Assembly: GCA_964035575.1 (NCBI GenBank)
Contig: OZ037841.1
Span: 1,612,001 to 1,676,000 of the forward strand
From: Rhynchopus sp. YZ270_cl-10
Taxonomy: Eukaryota
DNA: 64,000 bases
Reading direction: 5' to 3'
This document shows, in pieces, positions 46,497 through 57,068 of this stretch. Position numbers and translations under genes: made by a program. The notes under the pieces were generated by a model. That model ran no database searches and was not told the origin of the DNA. It saw only the letters and a list, made by a program, of their open reading frames with translations. Within the stretch, counting starts at the first letter, position 1; every line of letters begins with the position of its first letter.

Positions 46497-47831
46497 ATGC
46501 CCCCTCAGGAGTATTCATTGATGTACTCTGTTGCGGAATGCACAAAGTCGCTTGCAGCATTGCACGATGAGATGGAAGGTATATCTGAGGATGGTGTCGT
46601 GTCTGGTGATGTCGTAGATGGATGGCGTACACAGCTGCAGGTGTGTGTGGAAGCGCTGAGCAGTGCACAGGCAACACCACCGCAACGCACCACCACATCC
46701 CCTCCGGCGCGCACACTGTCCCTCGAGCCGAAGCTTCGCCACCACAGCACCCCGCAAAGCTCCTTCCGCCACGTTGCGCGGAGCCGCTCCTTCGTTGAGA
46801 ACAGCCCTGTCAGCCTCCCGCAGTCTGCCCCAAGCGTGCTATGCGGCGCTCTGCACGTTCTCCTCGAAGCAGTGTCACACCGAGCTCGAGCCTCTCGAGC
46901 AGTCTGCTATATAGTCAACAACGACCAGCTCCAGGCAATAGGAATGGTTGGGGCCGGGCTGCCGCAGGTACGAAAAGTTGGGAGCGACGAAAACTGGACG
47001 TTAAACGTGCTGAACTCCGGGATAGGTGTGAATGTGCACACCGCCGTCGCAATCGACGCAGCGTCCTCACTCTCAAAGGCGACCGCAAAAAACATGCTCT
47101 GCTTCCCACTCACGTGTCTCACCGACCCTACGCAACGCTTCGGCGTCGTACAGCTCTTCGACAAAGACGCCGGCAAAGCACCGTTCTCCGCTCAGGACGA
47201 AGCAGTGTTGTCCTGCTCACTGAGCCTCTTCACCTACATCATACAGTACTACCCTGGCACCCCTTTGCGCTGGAGCTTTGATGCGCGGGTTTTGCATAAG
47301 GTTAAACCATTTAAAATACCGAAGCCGCAGTTGAACATTGGTGCACGGTTTGCGAAGGAGAAAGGGGAGGAGAAGGCGGAGAAGCTGTTGGTGTATCGCA
47401 GCGATCGAACGAGGAAGCCGTTTATAAATCAGTTGAAGGCTTCTGCAAAGGCGTTGGAGCAGTGTTCGGATTTGATAGACACGGCGGCGGATGCGTGCGA
47501 TCTGCAGGTCATTGAGGAGTACATCCAGGGGCTGGAGGACTGCTGGCGCAACAGCGTCACGTTGAATACGGAATGTCTCATAGAGCGTGAAGCGTCTCTC
47601 GGGAAGATTCACCACATCCGTGAAGGCCTAGCCCGGGAACGACGTGCAGTACAGACTGCAGAAGTACAATGCAAAGAACAGGAACGGCTCTCGCATGAAT
47701 ATCATCTCTCCTACAACAGCATCGTGTCCGACCTGCAAACTGTCATCTCCAACCCATCAGGAACCGGCCGCCGAGGGTCACACTTCCTCAAACCAGCACC
47801 ACCAGGCCAACCCCGTTTACACGTGTGTTGA
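46497..47831 (+). CDS. GAF-domain protein with C-terminal coiled coil
   Basis: KNMLCFPL...FGVVQLFDK...PFSAQDEAVL resembles the GAF NKFDE region. The first in-frame ATG is at 46497. Confidence 0.75.
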   Translation: MPPQEYSLMYSVAECTKSLAALHDEMEGISEDGVVSGDVVDGWRTQLQVCVEALSSAQATPPQRTTTSPPARTLSLEPKLRHHSTPQSSFRHVARSRSFVENSPVSLPQSAPSVLCGALHVLLEAVSHRARASRAVCYIVNNDQLQAIGMVGAGLPQVRKVGSDENWTLNVLNSGIGVNVHTAVAIDAASSLSKATAKNMLCFPLTCLTDPTQRFGVVQLFDKDAGKAPFSAQDEAVLSCSLSLFTYIIQYYPGTPLRWSFDARVLHKVKPFKIPKPQLNIGARFAKEKGEEKAEKLLVYRSDRTRKPFINQLKASAKALEQCSDLIDTAADACDLQVIEEYIQGLEDCWRNSVTLNTECLIEREASLGKIHHIREGLARERRAVQTAEVQCKEQERLSHEYHLSYNSIVSDLQTVISNPSGTGRRGSHFLKPAPPGQPRLHVC

Positions 47832-48077
47832 AGAATGGTAGTGCAGTTGAGAGATACGCGTAGCAGGCTTCCTCAATGAGAACACTTCGAAGGGTGACGA
47901 AGTGAATCAAAAGAAGGTTGTGGAGGAGTGGAAGCAAGACGCCTGCCACACCTATTCATGTTCTGTCTTTTAGAGTGGACACTTAGATGTGTAGAAGACT
48001 CTTGGGTTGATTTGGGAGGAAGGGCACACCGCTTTTCAGCAAAGGTTTATGCCAGCAAAGGGGAAAAGAAGAAAAAC

Positions 48078-48182
48078 ACCCCCTCCCCCTCCCCCTCCCC
48101 CTCCCCCTCCCCTTTCTTACAACTTTCCCTTACCGCTCTCTCCCTCTCTCCCCCTCTCCACCTCTCCCCCTCTCCACCTCTT
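48078..48182. repeat. (CCCCCT)n / polypyrimidine low-complexity tract
   Basis: Read directly; it lies upstream of the 48369 gene. Confidence 0.8.
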
Positions 48183-48368
48183 CCAGAAGCTGGGGATACA
48201 CAGGATTTGGCCTCTTTCCCCTGCTGTGTTTGAGATTTTCCCCCTGCTGGGGAACCTTTTAGGTGACAGCAGTGCGGAACAGTTGCTCTGGAGTGGGCTT
48301 GTCTTTTATCGGATTATCAAAAGGACGTTTGCTTCTGAATACCACACTGTCTTCTCCCCTCACTTCGG

Positions 48369-50325
48369 ATGCCGCCCCGCTCTCCTCTGTTAGACCCTAC
48401 ATCCAACACAATGCCGTTGGGGACACCTCCTGCGCTGAGCCCTATAGTTTCTAGGGGAGATGTGACGACCTGTAACAGTTCGTTGCGAAGCGGAATGCTT
48501 CCGGTAGGGCCACGACCAGGACAGCGCTGCCATGTGGTCGCGACCTCTCAGAACGGCACCGTATCTTCGGCTGATGTGTCCTCAAATCCGTTGCTGCCCA
48601 AACGATTGGCTGCCGCGTTGACGAAGGTTTCAGATGAGAACCGTGCACTTCAAGAAGGGAGATGGGCGAAGACGTTGGCGATAGCCAAGGCAGGGGAGAG
48701 CACAGGGGCGGATGTGGGGGGCTTTGTGGAGGCGCATAGACAGCGCTTGCTGCGGCAGAAGCAGGAAGGGAGGAAGAAGGAGATGGCAGCAGCGGCGTTG
48801 AGCAGGAAGGTGTGGGGGGAGTACGCCGCCGCAAGAGAAGCAAGGGTGACGGAGGCGGCCCGGTTCGTGGACTCGTGGCTTGGCCTCAGAAGCAGCAAGA
48901 AAAAGAGCTTCAAAAGGCGTGTGCAAGAAATGCATCGTGAAGAGCGGGCACACCTCAATGTGCTAAACGGCAGGCTCAGGCAGAAAGTGTTGGACCATAC
49001 AGTATGTTTGAAGGGGAAATGGATGTAAAGGATGAGGGGGTTCAAGTGTTTTTTTTTAGTTTTGTGCAAAATTTCAAAAACGAAGTAACTATAACACCAA
49101 CACCTCAGACGGCACTGCGTAACGAAGAGAAGGAGCGGTCTGTGTTTCTCGCTGCATGTTCGCAGAAGAACAGACAGCGTCTGAGCAGCAGGCATAACGT
49201 GGAGGAGCTCCAGTTCGCAGCAGCATGCGAAAATGGGAAGGTATGTGTGTGTGTGTGGTTGTTTTGTCGCTGCATCCGTTGAGGTGCACTGAAGGATTTG
49301 CCCTGGAGGTTCTTTAACCACACATACCTTTCCCCACAGACGATTGCCCTCGTTGCAGAGCAACACAAAGAATTTATGCAAATCGAAGCCGACAAAGAGT
49401 TCCTTGCGAAACAGGAGCGGGTATACCACCACCCCCACATGCCCCACCTGCATCCACGGATGTTGCTACCTCCCTAAGGTGGCTGCAAACCTCATCTGAG
49501 AGCTTTCTTTACAAAGACTTTCGAAGTCATAGGTTCTATTAGACTAAACTTTTTTTTGACTTGAATCGACCACACCCTTAGGCAAAGGAAGTCGTCGGCA
49601 ACCTTGTACGCGCTAAGGATGAGAAGCGCCGTCTCGAGAGCAGTGCTTCAGAACGTGTGGCTTTGGAGGAACGGCGCTATGCACAGGCGAGGGTTGCGCG
49701 TTCTGTGCGTGTAAATGCACTGCTCGACGCAGAGAGCCTAGCGCGGGCGCGTACGATACAGCGCGAGAGTGCGACGCGCATCAAGCTCAAGGAGGCCCTG
49801 CGGCGCACGTTCTCTCAGGTGTGGGCGCACCTCAAGATTGCGGCAAGCGACCAGGCTGGGCAGTCGCGTATGCATGAGGCAGTGGTGCAACGTGTCGTGC
49901 AGCACAACCTCGCCATGGAAGGACAGCAACGTCGCATGGAGGCACGGATACGACGTGAACGCGCCCGAGCCTCTACCCATGCAACAAAGATGCTTGCAAG
50001 CATGCAGCTCCAGCAAGAGCATCTCTCGCAGTTGAGTATGTTTTTTGTTATTTTTGAAGGGACTTTTTAAATGTCTTTTGATAGACTTAAAGATTATCAC
50101 AAAACGGCTATCATTTGTCTATTGCAACCTATGCATACAGATTCTTCTTGCGACACGCGTTCGACGTGGCTGAGTGAGGTGCGCAGCAAGCGGCGTTCGT
50201 CAAGCCCGCAGCAAGCCTCTGTGAAGCACCCTGTGCCCGAGGATGTTGAGGACACAGCGGGGGTGAACTGGCTGGCACTGCTCGAGAAGTGTAGCAATTC
50301 GCAGTGTGAGTCGGACAGCGACTGA
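48369..50325 (+). CDS. Hypothetical coiled-coil protein (about 494 aa); exons 48369-49001, 49109-49240, 49340-49420, 49582-50035, 50141-50325
   Basis: Four GT-AG introns (donors GTATGT x3 and GTATAC) join the fragmentary ORFs into one open frame rich in E/R/K/A. Confidence 0.72.
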
Positions 50326-50950
50326 AATAAGCTTCGGGCAAAGAGAGTAATGTCCAAAACTAGCCTTTTTGTCAAATTTTGCACTGACGAACGTCTCTCA
50401 GAGTGCGTCGTTTTCTTTTTATTTTTCGGAATACAATCGATAGGTGCTGTACACCTACCGGCCTGCCACCTGTCCAGGTTCACAGGTTCGGGTTTTAGGG
50501 CCAAACGGAAAAGGCGATTTTATTGTCAATGGCAGGGCTTGCGCACTTTGTGTTTACACACAAATAGAACCCGCCTTCTTCTCATCTGAAACATATTTCT
50601 ACGATGGGCGAGTATCATTCAATCTGTGAAGGTTTCAAGTTTTTTTTTGATTCCCCTTTTTGTATCATTTGTTTCCCGCGCCATCCAGATCCTTCACAAG
50701 CGTACCACGCCCTTCTGTATTCTTCCATGTCTGTCGCTTTTCCTCTGCTGGCAACTACTTACTTAAATAGAAAAGATGTAATAAAGTATGAGGGAATACA
50801 TACCTGAGGCCACGGTGACGGTGATGGGGGTGTGGGTGGTGGGCCCCGTGCTCTGCGGACTGACGCCGTCCGTCCTCTCTACTCCGGAGGCGACGGAGGT
50901 GGGGACGGCGTCAATGCCGTAGGGGAGGGGGGTTTCCCTCGATGAGCCTC

Positions 50951-51010
50951 CCGCCGCCGACGCGTCCGCCGCCGACGCGTCCGCCGCCGACGCGTCCGCC
51001 GCCGACGCGC
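50951..51010. repeat. 15-bp tandem repeat CCGCCGCCGACGCGT x4
   Basis: Read directly; it encodes (ASAAD)n on the minus strand. Confidence 0.9.
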
Positions 51011-51360
51011 CCGCCCCCGTTCCCACTTCGTATGGGATCGATCATAGCCTTGTCCCGGTACAAGGCGATTTTCAGCGCTTGATTCTCCCGTTATTGAGTG
51101 CTGTCGGCGGCTGTTATTGTTGAAATGTCATATCCTTGAAGATGAGGGTCTCGCTTTTTCTTCGACTTCTTCAGGGTTTCAGAGTGAGGAAGTGGCCTTG
51201 GCAAACCATATCCTACAAAAATATGTTTCCCGTTGCATTCAGATCCCTCCGACACTCCCTCTCAGTCATCCCACACCAATGCACACTGCACACCCACAAC
51301 ATCAATACAGACATTGCAAATAACACAGCCTGCAGGCACAACCACCACAACACAACAACG

Positions 51361-54335
51361 ATGATGAGGACACTGGTCCTGCTGGGGGCTGCCTGTCTGG
51401 CCCCCGCACTCGACGTGCCTGCTGAGAAGGCGTACCTGGCGGTGCTGAAGTCGACCTGCACAGACGAAGATCTGCAGGCGATGAAGATGTGGGCCCTGCA
51501 GAAGCAAATCATCAACCCCGGGCCGAAGTCGACAGGAGTGATCTCGATTGAGGGCTTCAAGGCGGTTGCACTGAAGATGACCGAGGCGCAGCTGGCGGAG
51601 GCGAAGAAGCACCCGTTCCTCGACTACTTTGAGACAAACGACGAGGGCAGCATCCAGAGCAACTCGAAGTCGAAGTCCAGGTGGGGGTCCAAGTGGGGAT
51701 GGGGATGGTGGAAGAAGTCAAAGAGCGGGTCGAAGTCGAAGTCAGGCTCAAAGTCGAACTCGAAGAGCGAATCGCACACTGAAGAGGAAACCCTTGCCAC
51801 AGAGTACTGGGTGACACTGTCGTCGACGGAGATTGGCTGCTCGGGACACTTCCGGCGCTGGGTGATGCGCCGCGGGATCACGTGGCCGGCAGACTTCTGG
51901 TATGACGATGACCTGAACGTGTACACAGGGAAGTTCCTGCTGACGGAGGAGCAGGCAGAGATCATCCAGACCTACAGCAGAGGCCTTGTGAACGTAGAGG
52001 AGGCCGAGGCTGCGCTGAGCATCCCCGTGAACCAGGTGACTCTGGAGTGCCCCGACACGCAGACAGACAACGTGACGTGGCACCTGGCGGGCATGACAGG
52101 TGACCCGAAGCGCCCGGACCACAGCACCTACATGCACAGCGCACGGTGGGGACAGGGTGTCGATGTGTACATCCTGGACACAGGAATCAAGTGCGAGCAC
52201 GAGGAGTTCCAAGAGGGGAGCTGCATGTGGGGCGCGAACCTTGTGGACAACCTGAACGACGACGACAGCGGGCACGGGACCCACATTGCGGCAAGCATTG
52301 CGGGTATCAGGAACGGTGTGGCGAAGTCGGCGACAGTCGTGGCGGTTCGTATTGCACGCGACGGGAACACAAACAAGCAGTCGGTTGCGGAGGCGATCCA
52401 GTTCGTGGTTGAGTCGCGCAAGGCACGCGGTCGCCCCAGCATCATCAACATGTCGATCCAGTTCTTTGGCTCGACGCTGCTGAACGACGCAGTGAACGCG
52501 GCAGCACGCGCAGGCGTGGTGGTGATCTCGGCGGCAGGGAACGGGGACGAGCCGTCGTGCGAGTACTCGCCCTCGGGTGCGTCTGGGTCGATCACCGTGG
52601 GTCTGCACGACGTGGACTACAACCCGCAGTGGTCGAGCTTCGGGAAGTGCGTTGCGCTCTACGCCCCGGGGTTCGAGGTGTGGTCCGCAGACAACGCGAA
52701 CAGCACTGCCTACCGCAACCGCAGCGGCACGTCGATGGCGGCACCACACGTGGCGGCCATTGCGGCGGCGTACCTGACGGACCGCCCGGAGGCAACGCCT
52801 GCGTCTGTGCGTGCCTTCCTTGTGGAGACGGCGCACAGGAACCTGCTCTCGCCCCTGCGTGAGTTTGACCAGAACCTTGTGGCCCGCATTCCTTGCGAGG
52901 GGAGCGCCGTCTCGTACGAGGACGTGCCGCAGGTTGTCGACCGTTCGATGTGTCCGGAGGGCATTGAGACAGAGACGCTCACGGGTGCTTCGGGCAACGG
53001 CTCCTACCTCTCCCTTGGGAACGGGTCGGAGACGACGAACGCTGCGTGCTGGGAGATCAAGTGCAAGGGGCTTGTGCAGGTCGACGTAAGCTGGATCACG
53101 GCAAACGCACTGTACTACAGACTGTACATCAACGTGACGGAGGTGAAGTCGAAGGTGCAGATGAGCAACTACGGCTACATCGAGAGCGACAGGAAGCTCC
53201 ACGGTGACGTGTTCATTTCCTTCGTGAACACAAGACTGGAGGGAGACGTGCCGTTCAGCTTCACGTACACGTGCACCGCACCCGAGGTGGCACAGCCCGA
53301 GGTGGAGGAGCCGGTGTCTCTCTTCCCCCTTGCACACACACACTTCGGGGGCACGGCGGACAACTGCAACAACATTGTGATGCGCGCAAACAGGCGCCGT
53401 GAGAGGCAGGGCACGCTCTCGTACCTCCCAACGGAGGGCTACCCGCACAGCACGGATCTGTGCTGGATGCTGAAGTGCAGACGCTGGGTCAAGGTGCAGC
53501 CGAAGTTTGTCGACACCGAGCAGGACTTCGACACCATCAGGATGACGGACCGTGGCGAGTACAAGCGCGTGCTCACAGGTAACTACTCCGCAGGCAACTA
53601 CTCGGACCTGCCCGACGCGATGTACTTCCGCAAGATTGCGATTGTGAAGTTCTCCTCGGACGCGACTGTCACTGCGGGTGGGTTCTCGTTTGATTGGAGC
53701 TGCGACAACTCGTACACACCGCCGGTCACGGAGCTCCCGGTCCCCATCCCGTTCCCGGAGCTGACGCCGTCCCCGAACCCGACGTGCTCGCTGTCTGGGT
53801 GCTTCGGGTCGACGTGCGACTGGACGATCCGTGCGTCATTCGACCTGTACGACTGCACGACGCTCGGAATTTTCGGGTGCGACTGCACCGGGTGCGAGTG
53901 TGCAGCACCTGCGACGCCGGCACCGTGCCTCCCCGCCACACCGGGCTACATCGAGCACTACAGCGCGGCCACGTACTGCTGGCTCATGGAGTGCCCTGCA
54001 GGGCAGCACGCCGTGTACGAGTGGCTCGGCTTCAGCCTTGCCTGGCACGCGGAGTACCTCACGTTTGCGACTGAGGACGGTGTGCGTGTGTCGCGTGGCG
54101 GGCAGGACTTCACAGGGAGGACCATCGACACCACCGAGTTCAAGGAGCAGATTGCCTATGTCAGGTATGTCGCAGTTTGCAACACATCATCACAACCACA
54201 TCACAACACCCGCATAATGAACAACACAGGTTCGAGAGCTCCCGCGCTGGCGGCGGTCAGGGAAGCCCGTACGGGTTCAAGTTCAACTGGGCCTGCGTTG
54301 ACACTGTCGTGGCCAACACAACAGAGACTGCGTGA
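51361..54335 (+). CDS. Secreted subtilisin-like (S8) protease with I9-like prodomains and CUB-like domains; exons 51361-54164 and 54230-54335
   Basis: Signal peptide MMRTLVLLGAACLA. Catalytic triad YILDTGI / HGTHIA / SGTSMAAPHVA. CUB-like CWMLKC...DTEQDFD...FSSDATVTAGGFSFDW. The 65-bp intron 54165-54229 completes the last CUB (RFESS...GFKFNWAC). Confidence 0.9.
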
Positions 54336-57068
54336 GCAATATTTATGCAACCCGATTTATGTGCGACTCTAGGTGTAACATACGCCATCCTGAAGTATTA
54401 AATCAAATGAAAGCAATACCGACATTATCCACAATATCACGCCTCCTTCGTCCCTACCCCTTTTCCCCTCCACTCCCATTGTTTTACTTTCTTTTTTTTT
54501 TTGACACAACCCTGAAGGCGAAAAGGTGTGGAGCAACCTCGGTTTGCCCGCACCATCCACAAGGGTTTCTTTTGCTGTTTCTTCTGAGACTGCTGTGCGA
54601 GCGTTTTGCCCTTTGGGCATACGACGCTAAACCAACAGTCTTTTTTGTCGGGGTTGCGGTACAGTTTGTCTTTTTTTTTTTTGAGGACAGGCACTTTTTT
54701 ATTCGCCCAGCACCTGCACCCACCCCACCCTGGTCCCATGAAAATCCCGCTTCGTGTGTTTTCTTACTTTCCAAACATTATTGTTCCCGTGTCAGAGTTT
54801 TTCTGACGGTGAAGGATTGTTGTTTGGTGATTTATTCTCTTTTTTGTAAAATACGGGTGACGCCATTCACCCGGGAACACTTCCTGTTGTGCACACATGG
54901 TAACCTAGCATCGAGCCATAGGTCATTTGTTATGCATTTTATTGTTCAGGGGTCTCCATATTTCTTTTGAAGCTAGACTAGGCTAAACAATACCAGAAGC
55001 TTTTTTATTTTTGCGTTTTTTTTTTGTTCCGTTCTTCAAATTAAGAGAAAAAGGGACAGCGGTTTCGGCCATAATATATCCTGGCATGTGCATATCTTTC
55101 TAATGATTATGTACCCTCTGGGAGGCGGTTCACCCTCGGAAACGATCATATGTAAATTTTTTTTGAGAGCCATGGGGGGAAGGAACGGTAACCCGGTTTT
55201 ATCTTCCTTCCCTCCCGCCATCAAAAATAAGTTTTTTTTTCGAACATAGTTTCCAAAACCGTTTTTGTGGTTGTTGCGCTGTCACCTTTTATTTTTTGGA
55301 GGTTGGTTTAGCTTTATTTTTCTCTCTCTCTTTTCTCTCTCTCCTCTCTTTTGTGATTATTTTCTCTATTTTAAAAACCTGAAAAATTAAGTAGAAATGA
55401 GTATAGGCACCTGGTCCAGGTTTGTCCTGTATTTTTTCTATGTTTGACAGATGTGTGTTGCATTTATCAGCTACATTCATCCTTCACTTTCTTTTTTCTT
55501 GATACTTCTGCGTTGCGCCCTCTGGGTCCCGCAATTCAGATGAAATTTTTTTTTTTGATTTTATTTTTGGAGAGACAAATTATCTACAACGGCGTACACA
55601 GCCCCCCTTCTTGTTCATAAACTTTTGACAGTGATGTACGTATCTTCAAGCGAAGATGTGCCTCAGCTTTCAAAGTTATTCTTTTATTTGGTTGTCCATC
55701 ACTGAGAAGCAAACATCTTTTTTTTCTTCTGAAAAGCAAAGCAAGACTCCTTGCTTAGTTTTTTTTTCTCTCGTGGATCAAGGTGAGAAAAGGTAATCGT
55801 TCAATCCAATGACAAAATTCCTTTTCAACGCACTTCTCATTTGTTTTCATCGTTGGACCCAATACTAGGGGGAGTTTTTTTTTTATAGCCTGTTGCCCAG
55901 AGTCTCTCTTTTTTTTTTACCCCTCATCACCTCCCCCCCTCCCATCACCTCATCCCCACCCCTCCCCTTCCTCTCTTCCCTTCCCATTCGGTTTGCGCTG
56001 ATTTTATCAATAAAAATGGGCAGATGCACAAAACGAAAATATAGGTTTTTTTTTCTTTAAAAAAAATCAAAATGCGAAAAAGATGGACAGTGGAGATTGC
56101 ACAACTGTGGCAACACAACCTGAGGCAACTACACTACTCCAAACAATTTGTCAAAGAAAGAAGAAAAAAAAGGTATATTCTCTGTAGAGCTCATCATCGA
56201 GATGTCTACACTACATATGCCAATTGATTTCTATACTATTTGTGTCCCCAGAATAGGGGGAAAAAGGGATACAGGAAGCCTTGTGGCTTTCCTCTGTCTC
56301 AAATGTTTTTCATCCGAAAAAAAGGATAATTTTGTGGTGGTGGTGGAGGCACATCCCCGGATGGTTTACTCTGTGTTCCACAATGCAAAGTTGTTTTTTC
56401 AAGAATGAAATAAAAAACACAATTCTGCTCTGTTCCAAAAAAATTATACAAAAAAAAAAAAACAATTCATTTCTAATCATCTACTCCTTTTTATTTGCGA
56501 TCTCCTTTTTTGAAAAACGAAGCAAAACCATAGGTTTTGAATGGGTTCGATATATCTCTCAGCTTTTCGGATTTAGCTTTTCAAAAAAGAATAAACTTTG
56601 CGCAAAAATGACAATACAATGGGTTTGCTCCTAAACCCAAGCGCAAACAGCCAGCATTGCTTTTACAACAAAAAAAGAGCATCTACAGATGCACAGCCTT
56701 TATTGGCCATCCCCCGAAAAATAAAAAAATATCTCCCCTCTCACTTCTGCCTTTTTCCCCCTTTCCCCCCTTTCCCCCCCTTTTTCAATCTACATCTTCT
56801 GTAGCTATCTGTAGGGTACTTATGCTTCCATGGCTAGCATCGTACAATAACTATTCAACTTTTTTCAGATGTCAACCACGAAATGGATGCAGGACTGCAT
56901 GGGGTCCACACCGGTACATTGTTATGTACCAAGGTACACTGTCACGCTGTATTTCAAGCATTTTTTTTTCAAGCTTGCTGAAGGTTGAGGACGAACCACT
57001 ACCTCTCTCTTCTCCCACTTCACTTCACACCCCTCCCTTCCCCTTCTCACCCCCCATTTCTTAACAGG

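Noticed and set aside
2707..47831. A cAMP-signalling 'operon' (two cyclases plus the GAF protein)
   Set aside because: The genes are far apart and interleaved with unrelated genes. Cyclases are typically large families in such genomes, so co-occurrence is probably chance.
51136..51360. N-terminal extension of the subtilisin ORF
   Set aside because: The signal peptide begins at ATG 51361, and the upstream sequence is A/C-rich and UTR-like.
51748..53448. 566-aa minus-strand ORF
   Set aside because: Shadow of the strongly codon-biased subtilisin gene.
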